Assembly: GCA_963711835.1 (NCBI GenBank)
Contig: CAVQFQ010000017.1
Coordinates: forward strand, 352,001 to 416,000
Length of the DNA stretch: 64,000 bases
Reading direction: 5' to 3'
DNA from: an uncultured delta proteobacterium
GTDB taxonomy: Bacteria > Desulfobacterota > RBG-13-43-22
The notes below the pieces were generated by a model. That model saw only the letters and a program-made list of their open reading frames with translations, was not told where the DNA came from and searched no databases. The position numbers and the translations under genes were made by a program. Below, piece after piece: positions 28,410 through 38,662 of this stretch; the first letter of the stretch is position 1; the number at the start of each line of letters is the position of its first letter.

Positions 28410-29246
28410 ATGCTGGAGGATTTGAAAGAAAAGGTGGCCCTGGTGACCGGGGCCGGCAAGAGGACCGGAATCGGCTATGCCATTGCCAAGAAGTTGGCCT
28501 CCCTGGGGACCCATGTGGTTGTGGCTGATTTGGGGAACCTGGCCCAGGAAAGCGGCGAAGTGGCCTTCGGAAGCCTGGAGGAGATGGAGAGCATCGCCGG
28601 GGAATTGAAGCAGGATTTCGGCGTCCGGAGCCTGGGGGTACCGCTGGATGTCTCCCGCAGCGATTCGATCGATCACATGGTAAAAGCCCTAAAGGATCAC
28701 TATGGGGCTATCGATATCCTCTGCAATAATGCCGGGGCTTCTTTCGGAGTCCCCAACAGCGTGGTGACCTACGATGAGGCGGCCTGGATGAAGACCATCG
28801 AGGTCAACCTGCACGGGGTTTTCCGGGTTTCCCGGGCCGTCCTGCCCCTGATGATGGGCCGACCCGGAAGCATTATCAACACGGCCTCCCGGGCCGGAAA
28901 GGTGCCTCCGATTTTTAACGGGGCCTATGCCGTGGCCAAGGCCGGGGTCATCATGTTGACCAAGGTTATGGCCAAGGAACTGGCCGGGGCCGGGATCCGG
29001 GTCAATGCCATCTGTCCGGGACAGATCCAGACCGATCTGGAAAAATGGCGCTTTGAGCTGGAGGCCCGTTTCTTCGGAAGCACGGTGGAGGAGCGGGAGC
29101 AAGAGATGTGCAAAACCATTCCCTTGGGACGCATCGGCTCCACCGAGGAGGTGGCTAATCTGGCGGCCTTTTTGGCCTCCGAGGCCTCCTCGTATATGAC
29201 CGGCCAAGCCATTAATGTGACCGGCGGCCAATTGATGGAACTATGA
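28410..29246 (+). CDS. Short-chain dehydrogenase/reductase
   Basis: VTGAGKRTGIG, NNAG, YAVAK, VNAICPG. Confidence 0.92.
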   Translation: MLEDLKEKVALVTGAGKRTGIGYAIAKKLASLGTHVVVADLGNLAQESGEVAFGSLEEMESIAGELKQDFGVRSLGVPLDVSRSDSIDHMVKALKDHYGAIDILCNNAGASFGVPNSVVTYDEAAWMKTIEVNLHGVFRVSRAVLPLMMGRPGSIINTASRAGKVPPIFNGAYAVAKAGVIMLTKVMAKELAGAGIRVNAICPGQIQTDLEKWRFELEARFFGSTVEEREQEMCKTIPLGRIGSTEEVANLAAFLASEASSYMTGQAINVTGGQLMEL

Positions 29247-29272
29247 AATAAATTCAGATTATTACCGTTATT

Positions 29273-29350
29273 ACCGCAAAGGCGCAAAGGACGCAAAGAA
29301 ATCACCTAAGAAGAAAAGATTTATCTTTGCGTCCTTTGCGCCTTTGCGGT
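29273..29350. repeat. Perfect 27-bp inverted repeat built of CGCAAAGG[A] units
   Basis: ACCGCAAAGGCGCAAAGGACGCAAAGA / TCTTTGCGTCCTTTGCGCCTTTGCGGT. Confidence 0.8.
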
Positions 29351-29369
29351 GAATCCTAAGGAGGAGAAG

Positions 29370-31064
29370 ATGGAAGCTGTAACCGGAGCTGCCTTAGCCG
29401 CCGAAGCCTTGATCGAAAGGGAGATCCCTTACATTTTTACCTTAAGCGGCGGGCATATTACCCCTATTTATCAATACCTGGAAAACTCACCGATTAAACT
29501 CTTCGACACCCGCCATGAACAGGCCGCTGTTTTCATGGCCGAGGCCTGGGGCCGCCTGACCCGCAACCCGGGAGTGGCCATGGTTACCGCCGGGCCGGGC
29601 TTCACCAATGCCCTGACGGCGGTTGCCAACGCCCGTCTGGCCAATTCTCCTCTGGTGCTTCTATCCGGCTGTGTCGGGCTCGAATGCAACGAAAAGCTGG
29701 ATCTCCAGGATATGCGCCAGGCCCCGGTTATCGAGCCCATGGTCAAAAAGGCCTTGATCTGCCACAAGCCCGAACGGGTCCATGAATTCGTGGATCTGGC
29801 CTTCCGAACGGCCCGAAGCGGCCGGCCGGGTCCGGTTTATCTGGAGCTGCCAGTGGATGTCTTGAACAGCCAGGCCCCTTCATCGGCTATCAAAAAGACC
29901 CATACCCGGGTCGAGTCCCGCCCGATGGATCCGGACCAGTGCCGAAAAATACTGGGGATGATCCAGGAGGCCGAGCGGCCGATCGTCATCGCCGGAAGCG
30001 GCGCCTGGTATTCCGATGCCGAAAAGGAATTAGTCTCTTTCGTCGAAAAAACCGGCCTTCCGGTCTTTACCTCCAGCCTGGGCCGGGGTACTATTTCCGA
30101 CAGCCATCCCCTCTGTTTTGAATCCTCTCTGGCCATCCGCCCCGGAGCGGCCATGTTCGCCAATATGAATGCCGATCTGGTCCTTTTTTTAGGTGCCCGC
30201 ATGAGTCTCTTTTACATCTTTGGGGACCTCTTTAATCCGAGCGCTAAAATCATTCAGGTGGATATCGAAGCCGAGGAAATAGGCCGCAACCGAACCATTG
30301 ATCTGGCCGTGGTCAGCGACCTCCAGGCCCTGCTCCGGAACTGCAATAAGATCCTGGAGGAACCCGGAGCCTACCAAGCCCGGCCCGAGCGGTTGGAATC
30401 CTGGGTCTCCTCGTTGCGGGCCGCCCATGAGGAAAATAAATCCTTTTATAAAGCCCCCTGGGAAAGCACCGCCGTGCCCATTCATCCCCTTAGGCTGGCC
30501 GCCGAAATCAATCGCTTCATGGACCGGGAGGGGGATGTCGTTGTAGCCGACGGCGGAGACACCCAGGTCTGGATGGGCATGACCCGCACGATCCGCAGGC
30601 CCGGCCATTACCTGGATTCAGGTTTATACGGCTGCCTGGGCGTGGGCCTGCCCTACGCCAATGCCGCCCGGCTCCTTTACCCCGACCAGCGGGTCTGCCT
30701 GATCACCGGCGACGGCTCGGTGGGCTTTAATTTTATGGAATTTGAAACGGCCCTGCGAAAGCAATTGCCCATTGTGGTGGTGATCAGCAATGACCTGGGC
30801 TGGGGCATGATCCGCCACAGCCAAGAACTGCGCCTGGGCCACGCCATCCCGGATGGAACCTATATCGGCAAAGTGGACTACCACAAAATGGTTGAGGCCC
30901 TGGGTGGCAAAGGGCTTTATGTGGAACGGCCGGAAGATATCCGTCCGGCCCTGGAAGAGGCCTTTACCTCCGGGAAAACAGCCTGCATCAATGTGATGAC
31001 CGATCCGACCACGATCAGCCCGGGCAGCGTAGCCCTGGCAAATCTAGGGGCGTATAAGGCTTAA
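29370..31064 (+). CDS. ThDP-dependent enzyme, acetolactate-synthase-like (ILVBL/2-hydroxyacyl-CoA lyase type)
   Basis: FTLSGGHI, RHEQAA, TAGPG, ADGGD, GCLGVG, GDGS...ND ThDP motif. Confidence 0.85.
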   Translation: MEAVTGAALAAEALIEREIPYIFTLSGGHITPIYQYLENSPIKLFDTRHEQAAVFMAEAWGRLTRNPGVAMVTAGPGFTNALTAVANARLANSPLVLLSGCVGLECNEKLDLQDMRQAPVIEPMVKKALICHKPERVHEFVDLAFRTARSGRPGPVYLELPVDVLNSQAPSSAIKKTHTRVESRPMDPDQCRKILGMIQEAERPIVIAGSGAWYSDAEKELVSFVEKTGLPVFTSSLGRGTISDSHPLCFESSLAIRPGAAMFANMNADLVLFLGARMSLFYIFGDLFNPSAKIIQVDIEAEEIGRNRTIDLAVVSDLQALLRNCNKILEEPGAYQARPERLESWVSSLRAAHEENKSFYKAPWESTAVPIHPLRLAAEINRFMDREGDVVVADGGDTQVWMGMTRTIRRPGHYLDSGLYGCLGVGLPYANAARLLYPDQRVCLITGDGSVGFNFMEFETALRKQLPIVVVISNDLGWGMIRHSQELRLGHAIPDGTYIGKVDYHKMVEALGGKGLYVERPEDIRPALEEAFTSGKTACINVMTDPTTISPGSVALANLGAYKA

Positions 31065-31069
31065 CCGTG

Positions 31070-31151
31070 TTAGAGGTTGGAGGACCGTCCGCCTCCGGCG
31101 GACTCGAGGGTGGAGGCAACGGCCTCAAACCTCCAACCTCAATCCTCCAAC
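31070..31151. repeat. Heptamer (GAGGTTG/CCTCCAA-type) inverted tract with an embedded GTCCGCCTCCGGCGGAC palindrome
   Basis: Seen directly in the spacer between the ThDP enzyme and the MFS gene. Confidence 0.6.
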
Positions 31152-31205
31152 AGGTTGGGGTGAGTCTGAAAGAATGCCATGAACTTTTTATAGGGGGGAG
31201 GCATT

Positions 31206-32510
31206 ATGAACAAGGTCATTAGTGATTCCGAAGGCTATTTGCTGTCCAAAGGCCATTCCTATTATGTCTTTATCCTCCTTTTTCTGCTCTACTTTTTTGA
31301 CTACGTCGACCGGATGGTGGTGGTCTCGCTTTTCCCCTTCCTGCAGAAGGACTGGGGGCTATCGGATACCCAGTGCGGCATGCTGGTTTCGGCGGTCTAT
31401 TGGGCGATCGTTCTTTTTTCCTTCCCAATTTCGCTGTTGATCGACCGCTGGAGCAGGAAAAAAAGCATCGGCCTCATGGCCATCCTGTGGAGTTTGGCCA
31501 CGGCCGCCTGCGCCTTCACCAGAAATTTCAGCCAACTTTTTGCGGCCCGAACCGCCATCGGCCTCGGCGAGGCCGGGTATGCGCCGGGGGGCACGGCCAT
31601 GATCTCAGCCCTTTTTCCTGAAAAAAAGCGGGCCATGCTGGTGGGCATCTGGAACATCTCTATACCCCTGGGCAGCGCCATTGGCATCGCCCTGGGCGGA
31701 TATATCGCTGTGCATTACGGCTGGCGCCAGGCCTTCGGACTGGTGGCCCTTCCGGGCTTTATCGTTGCGGTGCTTTTCTTTTTTATCCGGGATTATAAAA
31801 CCATTGAACTGGTAAAAACCAAAGAAACAGATAAGGCCTGTCCTGTCCCGACCAAACTAAGCCCCAGGGATGTGGTCCGTGAATTGGCTCGAACCCCATC
31901 CCTGCTCTTGACCTATATCGGTTTTGCCGGCAACACCTTTTTAACCACCTCTCTCTTAAGCTGGCTGCCTACTTTCCTTCATCGCTTTGAAAACCTCCCT
32001 ATGCAACAGGCTTCACTGAAAGGGGGCCTGGTCATGCTGCTGGCCATCGTCGGTTCCCCGCTCGGCGGTTTTCTGGCCGATAAATGGCTCAGAAAAAGGG
32101 CCAATGCCCGCCTGCTGTTCAGTGCCCTTTCCTCTACTTTGACCGCCGTTATCTTTGTTTTGGCCTTTGGGTTGTTTTCCGGAGGCACGCAATACGTTCT
32201 TTTCTTAATCGGAGGGGTGTCGGCTATTGCCTTTGCTTCTTCGGCCATCGCCGTCACCCAGGATGTGGTTCATCCGGGCGTCAGGGCCATTTCTTACAGT
32301 ATTTGCGTTGTCGCCCAGAACCTGTTGGGTAGTTCTTTAGGGCCGGTCTTTACAGGATTTCTCTCGGACCGATTTGATATTAGAACAGCCCTGACCGTGG
32401 TTTCCTTTTTTCCCATACTGGCCGGTATCTTCTTCTACATTGGATCCCGCTTTTACGAAAAAGACTTGGCTAAAGTGGAAAAAATCGCCGTCTGCCTGGA
32501 GGAAGGCTAA
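31206..32510 (+). CDS. MFS transporter (spinster-like)
   Basis: FDYVDR, IDRWSRKK, ARTAIGLGEAGY, about 12 hydrophobic segments. Confidence 0.92.
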   Translation: MNKVISDSEGYLLSKGHSYYVFILLFLLYFFDYVDRMVVVSLFPFLQKDWGLSDTQCGMLVSAVYWAIVLFSFPISLLIDRWSRKKSIGLMAILWSLATAACAFTRNFSQLFAARTAIGLGEAGYAPGGTAMISALFPEKKRAMLVGIWNISIPLGSAIGIALGGYIAVHYGWRQAFGLVALPGFIVAVLFFFIRDYKTIELVKTKETDKACPVPTKLSPRDVVRELARTPSLLLTYIGFAGNTFLTTSLLSWLPTFLHRFENLPMQQASLKGGLVMLLAIVGSPLGGFLADKWLRKRANARLLFSALSSTLTAVIFVLAFGLFSGGTQYVLFLIGGVSAIAFASSAIAVTQDVVHPGVRAISYSICVVAQNLLGSSLGPVFTGFLSDRFDIRTALTVVSFFPILAGIFFYIGSRFYEKDLAKVEKIAVCLEEG

Positions 32511-32623
32511 CCAAAGGTATTCAAAATTTTTTTAAGGTCTGAAGAAATGGTGGTAGGGGGCCCCCCCCACCTGATTTTGGAAAGTTAGAGATAAATTCTC
32601 AGACCAAAAGATGTAAGAATCTA
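32507..32623 (+). repeat. ~120-bp dispersed repeat, copy 2
   Basis: Homologous to the reverse complement of 3967-4088. Confidence 0.85.
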
Positions 32624-32633
32624 AGGGAAGACC

Positions 32634-33434
32634 ATGTTTGCAGGAAAGGTGATTGCCGTAACCGGCGCTGCCAGCGGGATCGGGTTGGCCATTTGCAGGC
32701 GCTTCGGCCGCGCAGGTGCCCGGATGGCCCTGATTGATCTGGACGAAGAGGGCCTCCGCCGCCAGGAGAAGGCCCTGCGTGAGGTGGGGATGGAGGCCGC
32801 CGCCTTTCCCTGTGATGTAAGCAGCGAAGAGGAGTGCCGCCGCGCCATCCAGTCCGTCATGGACCTCTACGGGGGAATCGACATCCTGGTCAACAATGCC
32901 GGGATCACCCAGCGGAGCGCCTTTATCCATACGGAAACCGCGGTCTATCACCAGGTTATGGCCATAAATTTTTTCGGCGCCCTGTACTGCACCCAGGCGG
33001 CCATACACAGTCTGATGGAGCGGAAGGGTGCCATCGTGATAACGTCCAGTCACGCCGGATATGCTCCGCTTCTGGGTCGGACGGCCTACAGCGCCAGCAA
33101 ACACGCCCTGCACGGTCTGTTTGAGAGCTTGAGGACCGAAATTCGGGATCAGGGCGTCCATATTATGATGGTCTGCCCCGGGTTCACTAAAACCAATCTC
33201 CAGGACCGGGCACTTGACGGAAACGGCGGGGTGACCCGCCATCCGCAATCGAAGGTGGGCCGCGAGGATACGCCGGAGCAGGTGGCCGAAAGAGTTTTTC
33301 AGGGCCTTATCAAGAAAAAGCGCCTGCTGCTGCTCACGCCGGTGGGGAAAATGACTTATTGGCTCAGCCGGCTGGCTCCGGGTCTTTTTGAGACGATCAT
33401 GGCCAACCAATTAAAAGAGGAACTGCGGCGTTAG
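32634..33434 (+). CDS. Short-chain dehydrogenase/reductase
   Basis: TGAASGIG, NNAGI, YSASKHAL, VCPG. Confidence 0.92.
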   Translation: MFAGKVIAVTGAASGIGLAICRRFGRAGARMALIDLDEEGLRRQEKALREVGMEAAAFPCDVSSEEECRRAIQSVMDLYGGIDILVNNAGITQRSAFIHTETAVYHQVMAINFFGALYCTQAAIHSLMERKGAIVITSSHAGYAPLLGRTAYSASKHALHGLFESLRTEIRDQGVHIMMVCPGFTKTNLQDRALDGNGGVTRHPQSKVGREDTPEQVAERVFQGLIKKKRLLLLTPVGKMTYWLSRLAPGLFETIMANQLKEELRR

Positions 33435-33521
33435 CAGGAGATACGAAGGGGGCTCAGAAGGATCGAAATTTGTTTTTTTAAACATCTAAAGTGTTACAAA
33501 AATCCAAAGGAGGTCAAGGGA

Positions 33522-35243
33522 ATGGCAAAGATGACGCCTTCCGAAGCCCTGGTGGAGACACTGGCGGCCGAAGAAGTCAAGGTGGTTTTTGGAATTGTTG
33601 GCAGTGCTTTCATGGATGCCCTGGATTTGTTTCCGGCGGCCGGGATTCGTTTCGTTTCCGTGGCCCATGAACAGGCGGCGGCTCATGCCGCCGACGGTTT
33701 GGCCCGGGTGACCGGCAAGCCCCAAGTCTGCATCGCTCAAAACGGTCCCGGGGCGGCCAACTTTGTCTCAGCCATTACGGCGGCCTATTGGGCCCATTCT
33801 CCGGTAGTGGCCATTACCCCGGAAACCGGGAGCCTGGGCCTCGGGACCGGAGGTTTCCAGGAGCTGGATCAAATGCCCTGGTTTGCCGCCTGCACCAAAT
33901 ACCAGGTGCGGGTAAACCGTCCGGAACGGATGGCCGAACTGGCCCGGCGCTGCTTCTATATCGCCAAGGCGGAATCGGGTCCTACCCAGCTTAATATCCC
34001 CCGGGATTATTTTTATGGAACTATTGAAGCAGAGATTTTTAAGACCGCAGAGGTCTCCCGCGGTGCCGGGTCGGTTGACGGCCTTAAAAAGGCTGCTCAG
34101 ATGCTGGCCAAGGCCTCCTTCCCGGTTATCCTGGCCGGCGGGGGTGTTTCCCAAGGGGATGCTGTGGAAGAAACCAAGGCCCTTGCCGAAACGCTGACCG
34201 CACCGGTAGTCAACAGTTATCTTCATAATGACAGTTTTCCCGCCGACCATGAATTGTGTCTCGGTCCTATCGGCTACTGTGGCTCCAAGGCGGCCATGAG
34301 GACCCTGGCCCGGGCCGATGTGGTTCTGGCCCTGGGCTGTCGTTTAGGCCCTTTCGGCACCCTGCCGCAATACGGCTTGGACTATTGGCCTAAAGGGGCC
34401 AAGGTCATCCAGGTGGATCAGGATCATCGGGTTTTGGGTTTGAGCCGGCCGGTTCATCTGCCTGTGGCGGCGGATGCCGGGGAATTTGCCCGGCAGCTTC
34501 TCGGGATCCTGCGCAGGGAGAAAAAGGTCCGTCAACCGGTTCTCCAAAGATTGGCTGAGGTGCAAAAGGAACGGGAGGCCTGGCGCCGGGAGTTGAAGGG
34601 CTGGTCCGGAACGACACCCAAAAAAATGCATCCCCGCCGTTTCCTGGAAGAACTCTCCGCCGCCATCCCTAAAGGTTCAATTATCACTACCGATGTGGGG
34701 AATACCTGCTCCATGTGCAACAGCTATTTTGGGTTCAGCGGGCCCCGGCAGTATCTGGCCCCCCTTTCCTGGGGTAATTGCGGTATCGCCTACGGGGTAG
34801 CCTTAGGGGCAAAAACAGGGGCCCCGGATCGCCCGGTATTCGCCCTTCAGGGAGACGGCGCCTACGGCATCAGCGGGCTGAGCGAGGTGATGACCGCGGT
34901 GCGGGAAGAACTCCCGGTTATTGCGGTGGTTTTCAACAACAACCAATGGGGCGCTGAAAAGAAAAACCAGATCGATTATTATGATAACCGGTTTGTAGGG
35001 ACCAATTTGCGCAACCCGGACTTCGCCCGGATTGCCCGGGATATGGGGGCAGTCGGCTTTCGGGTGGAAAAACCCCAGGAGGTCAAGGCCGTGGTCAAGG
35101 CCGCCCTGAAATCTAAAAAGCCGGTGGTGATTGACGCGGTTATTGACGGTGCGGCCGAGGTCCTGGCCGAACCCTTTCGCCGCGATGCCCTAAAATTTCC
35201 GGTCCGGCATCTGCCGAAATACGCCCATTTGAATGCTAAATAA
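33522..35243 (+). CDS. xsc: Sulfoacetaldehyde acetyltransferase
   Basis: MTPSEALVETL, GIVGSAFMDALDLFPAAGIRF, QNGPG, GTLPQYG, WGAEKKNQ, EPFRRDA, all characteristic of Xsc. Confidence 0.88.
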   Translation: MAKMTPSEALVETLAAEEVKVVFGIVGSAFMDALDLFPAAGIRFVSVAHEQAAAHAADGLARVTGKPQVCIAQNGPGAANFVSAITAAYWAHSPVVAITPETGSLGLGTGGFQELDQMPWFAACTKYQVRVNRPERMAELARRCFYIAKAESGPTQLNIPRDYFYGTIEAEIFKTAEVSRGAGSVDGLKKAAQMLAKASFPVILAGGGVSQGDAVEETKALAETLTAPVVNSYLHNDSFPADHELCLGPIGYCGSKAAMRTLARADVVLALGCRLGPFGTLPQYGLDYWPKGAKVIQVDQDHRVLGLSRPVHLPVAADAGEFARQLLGILRREKKVRQPVLQRLAEVQKEREAWRRELKGWSGTTPKKMHPRRFLEELSAAIPKGSIITTDVGNTCSMCNSYFGFSGPRQYLAPLSWGNCGIAYGVALGAKTGAPDRPVFALQGDGAYGISGLSEVMTAVREELPVIAVVFNNNQWGAEKKNQIDYYDNRFVGTNLRNPDFARIARDMGAVGFRVEKPQEVKAVVKAALKSKKPVVIDAVIDGAAEVLAEPFRRDALKFPVRHLPKYAHLNAK

Positions 35244-35256
35244 AGGAGGCAGCTTG

Positions 35257-36045
35257 GTGAAAGAATCTGATGTGCTTTATACGGTAGATGGGGCCGTAGC
35301 CACCCTTTTTCTAAATCGGCCGGCGAATAAGAATGCCATCAGCCTGGATATGGTTCGGCTTTTACGCCGGTTCCTGATGGAGGCCCAACAAGACGAAGCC
35401 GTTAGAGGCATTATCTTGACTGGAAAGGGGGATGCTTTCTGTGCCGGCGGGGATGTGCGGGCTATGGCCGAAGGGAAGCTCCGCTCCTGGGATATGAAAA
35501 AATTTCTCTGGGAAGAGGTCCACCGGGTTATCTTAATGGTCGAGGAAATAGACAAACCGCTGATAGCGGCCGTGAATGGGGACGCCACGGGGGCCGGCAT
35601 GGGATTTAGCCTCATGTGCGACCTACGCGTCTGCTCCGAGCGGGCTCGTTTTGCCGAATCCTTTATCAAATTAGGATTAGTGGCCGGGGATGGCGATGCC
35701 TATTTTCTGCCCCGCTTGGTGGGCATCGGCAAGGCCCTGGAGCTCCTGCTGACCGGCGACCTGATTACGGCCGAGCAGGCCTTTCAATTGGGCATCGCAA
35801 CCAAGGTGGTTCCTCATGAACGGCTTATGGAGGAAACCAGGGTTTTGATGGAAAAAATCATTCGCAACCCGATTCAGGCCGTCCGGATGATGAAGCGGGC
35901 GGTCTATCAGGCCCAAACCGGCTCCTTGAGGGGCCATCTCGATTATATTTCCTCTCAGCTTTCTCTTTTAACCGAGACCGAGGATCACCTCGAAGCCGCC
36001 AGGGCCTTTCTGGAAAAAAGAAAGCCGGTTTTTAAAGGGAGATAA
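35257..36045 (+). CDS. Enoyl-CoA hydratase/isomerase (crotonase) family protein
   Basis: AFCAGGD, IAAVNGDATGAG, CDLR, FLEKRKPVFKG. Confidence 0.9.
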   Translation: MKESDVLYTVDGAVATLFLNRPANKNAISLDMVRLLRRFLMEAQQDEAVRGIILTGKGDAFCAGGDVRAMAEGKLRSWDMKKFLWEEVHRVILMVEEIDKPLIAAVNGDATGAGMGFSLMCDLRVCSERARFAESFIKLGLVAGDGDAYFLPRLVGIGKALELLLTGDLITAEQAFQLGIATKVVPHERLMEETRVLMEKIIRNPIQAVRMMKRAVYQAQTGSLRGHLDYISSQLSLLTETEDHLEAARAFLEKRKPVFKGR

Positions 36046-36063
36046 GGGGCGGGGTAGCCTCCT

Positions 36064-36963
36064 TTACCGATCACTTCCCCAGCGAATAATCTTAGGGATA
36101 GTTTCAAGTTTGAGATTAATTCCTTGCTTTTTGGCCCATTCACGGCCGGCAGCGGCCAGCTCGGCATTCCCGCACCCATAAAAGTTTTCAGCCATCCGGA
36201 TATAGCCGTTTCGATCCAAGGCTTTCATTAGAACGGCCTCCGTCCCCGGTTCCCCCCGGCGAAGAAAAAAGGCATGAGCCCCGGCGACAATCTCCAAATT
36301 TTCCTTTTTTAAGGCTTCGATCAGGACCTCGGCAGCCTGCTTATCGTTGATCTCTCCCAAGGCGGCGGCTGCCCGACGCCGGACCAATCCTTTATCATCC
36401 TTGAGCGCGGCCATCAGGGGATCGACAGCCCGGTTGTCCCTGAGCTTGCCTAAGGCAATCGCGGCAGTCCGCCGGACTTCTTCCTTTTGATCCTTAAGGG
36501 TAAGAATTAGGGGTTCCACGGCCCGGGGGTCCATGAGCTTACCCAGCGCACTGGCGGCTTCGCTACGAACCTCGGCTTCCTTATCTTTTAAGGATTCAAT
36601 CAGAGGTCCTACAGCCCGGGAATCCTTAATCCTCCCCAGGGCACTCGCGGCCTTTCGGCGGACATAGCTTTCATTATCCTTGAGGGCAGCAATTAAAGGT
36701 TCGACAGCTTTGGGATCCTTAATGTCTCCCAAAGCGCTGGCCGCCCGGCGGCGGACATATCCTTTTTCATCCTTCAGGGCAGCGATAAGGGGTTCCACGG
36801 CCCGTGGATCCTTGATTTTGCCTAAAGCGCTGGCGGCATCGCTTCGGACAATCCAATTAGTATCTTTTAGATGCTGAATTAGCTGGCTGACATCTTTGGT
36901 CTGGGTTTCGGCATGGGCAGCGGTCCATTCAAGGAGCAGAAAAGAGAAAGCGATAAGCACCAT
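36064..36963 (-). CDS. Exported HEAT/PBS-lyase repeat protein
   Basis: About six tandem 31-aa repeats VRxxAAxALGxIxDxxAVxPLIxALKD; N-terminal signal-like sequence. Confidence 0.88.
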   Translation of the reverse strand: MVLIAFSFLLLEWTAAHAETQTKDVSQLIQHLKDTNWIVRSDAASALGKIKDPRAVEPLIAALKDEKGYVRRRAASALGDIKDPKAVEPLIAALKDNESYVRRKAASALGRIKDSRAVGPLIESLKDKEAEVRSEAASALGKLMDPRAVEPLILTLKDQKEEVRRTAAIALGKLRDNRAVDPLMAALKDDKGLVRRRAAAALGEINDKQAAEVLIEALKKENLEIVAGAHAFFLRRGEPGTEAVLMKALDRNGYIRMAENFYGCGNAELAAAGREWAKKQGINLKLETIPKIIRWGSDR

Positions 36964-37040
36964 TATCTCTACCCGTAAAAATCTTTCTTATTACGTTACC
37001 GTTAAGGCGCTTCATCATTGTATCTCTTCTTTCTATTTTT

Positions 37041-38036
37041 TTAAGGTTTCAAGGAAGTGGGATTCAGGGCCTTTTCCCCGGTATCAGTCTTGGGAATAAC
37101 CAATTGATAGTTGACCTCACCTGTGGCCGAGACCATTTGAACCGTAAGTTCATTCTCTTTAACCAGGAGATAGGCAAACCCCAGTTGGTCCGCAACATAG
37201 AGGGTGCGAGGCCCTCTTTCTAATTCGGGACGGAGCTTGCCGGCCGACCCGGAAATGACCAAGGGAAGTCCACAGTCGGCTTTAAGAACCTGTTGATTAT
37301 GCTCATGGGCGGAAAGATAGAGGTCAGCCCGCCCGCAGAGAATGGGCAGAATATCGGCTATCATAAAATCGGTGTCGCCGTGGTAGCCGTAAGAATGGAT
37401 GGGTTTGTGTCCCATGACCACGTTCCAGCGGGCTTTTGATTTATCCAGTTCATCCCGGAGCCAGCTTGCCTGGGTCGTGGAGGTGGGGATAGAATTGGTG
37501 TTGAGGGCTAAAATTTTTAGTTCCCCGAACGTTACGGAATAGACATCCGAAGGCATCCGCCAGATCTTCGATTTTTTGGTGTACTCAATCTGGGCCTTCC
37601 AATTATACAGGGCTCCTCTACGTCCCCAATCGTGTTCCCCCAGGATGGCAAAAATGGGAATGCCCAGCCCGGCATAGGGTTTTTCAAATTTCTCAATAAA
37701 CTGAGGATCATCGGCAGACTGTACCCCGGCCGGATGAATATTGTCTCCAAGCATAAGTGCCAGATGGCATTCATGTTTAGCGCAGAAATTCCGCATACCC
37801 AGAGCAACTTTCATCTGGTCCTCATCGCCTGTTCCGCTATCTCCAAAGATGAGGATTCGAATCCCTCCGGCCTTCAATTCTCCGGCGGAAACCTGGAGGG
37901 GAACATCCCGGGGGATCACAAGGGCAGCGGGCGGCTCCTCGACGAGGTCGTAGGAAAGGGTAACCGCCGCCTCCAGGACTGGACACCAGGCCAGCAGGGA
38001 AACTAGGGCAGGTAAGATCACTATAAGACGTCGCAA
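37041..38036 (-). CDS. Secreted calcineurin-like metallophosphoesterase (purple acid phosphatase-like)
   Basis: GDSG, GDNIH, GEHD, VMGH and AHEH motifs; signal peptide. Confidence 0.85.
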   Translation of the reverse strand: MRRLIVILPALVSLLAWCPVLEAAVTLSYDLVEEPPAALVIPRDVPLQVSAGELKAGGIRILIFGDSGTGDEDQMKVALGMRNFCAKHECHLALMLGDNIHPAGVQSADDPQFIEKFEKPYAGLGIPIFAILGEHDWGRRGALYNWKAQIEYTKKSKIWRMPSDVYSVTFGELKILALNTNSIPTSTTQASWLRDELDKSKARWNVVMGHKPIHSYGYHGDTDFMIADILPILCGRADLYLSAHEHNQQVLKADCGLPLVISGSAGKLRPELERGPRTLYVADQLGFAYLLVKENELTVQMVSATGEVNYQLVIPKTDTGEKALNPTSLKP

Positions 38037-38086
38037 ATGATGAAACCTTTCTTTGGAAATCGGCTCTTACTTTTTTAACGAGAATA

Positions 38087-38122
38087 GAAGGCAGGCCCTT
38101 TTTTTTACGGGGCCTGCCTTCC
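38087..38122 (-). terminator. Hairpin, possible terminator or processing stem
   Basis: GAAGGCAGGCCC...GGGCCTGCCTTC. Confidence 0.5.
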
Positions 38123-38144
38123 AATGACCCAATCAGAAGGTTGA

Positions 38145-38360
38145 TTAGACAAAGAGCGTCCCGGCTTTCTGGACAGAAGCAAAAATTGGCCCGTTATCTG
38201 ATTTCTTTTTCTTTTTCTTCTTTTTTTTGTCCTTGTCTTTCTTGGCTACTTGAGTGTAAGCGCTTATCTTCCCCTCTTGGGTGATATTTCCGCCGAATAC
38301 TGCCGGCGAGGTAGACAAACCAAAAAGAAGGGCTATCATCAAGGCTGCCAGTTTTTTCAT
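38145..38360 (-). CDS. Small secreted Lys-rich hypothetical protein
   Basis: AAGGAGGT RBS, MKKLAAL signal peptide, poly-Lys tract. Confidence 0.6.
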   Translation of the reverse strand: MKKLAALMIALLFGLSTSPAVFGGNITQEGKISAYTQVAKKDKDKKKKKKKKKSDNGPIFASVQKAGTLFV

Positions 38361-38414
38361 CTCAATCACCTCCTTTCTTTTGCGACATTATGATAAGGAA
38401 ACGACCTAACGGCT

Positions 38415-38612
38415 TTAATTACTTTTTGGCTTGGTCTCGACGGCGTTAGTTCCCTGGTTTTCCTCGCCGTCGGGCTTTTCTTCCATGGCCTTTTTAAAAG
38501 AGTGTATGGATTGCCCCAGACTCTTCCCCAAATCCGGGAGGGCCTTGGCCCCGAAGACCAAAAAAGCAATCACCAGAATAATTATGAGTTCTTGGGTACC
38601 GATACCAAACAT
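38415..38612 (-). CDS. tatA: Twin-arginine translocase TatA/E
   Basis: MFGIGTQELIIILVIAFLVFGAKALPDLGKSLGQSIHSFKK. Confidence 0.93.
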   Translation of the reverse strand: MFGIGTQELIIILVIAFLVFGAKALPDLGKSLGQSIHSFKKAMEEKPDGEENQGTNAVETKPKSN

Positions 38613-38662
38613 GGCTTTCACCTCCTTTTATTCAGGCAGGGTAAAAAAAGGTATCGGACGTC

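Noticed and set aside
36360-36870. 93-bp periodic repeats resembling a CRISPR array
   Set aside because: They encode in-frame HEAT repeats with codon-level divergence; no repeat-spacer structure and no cas genes.
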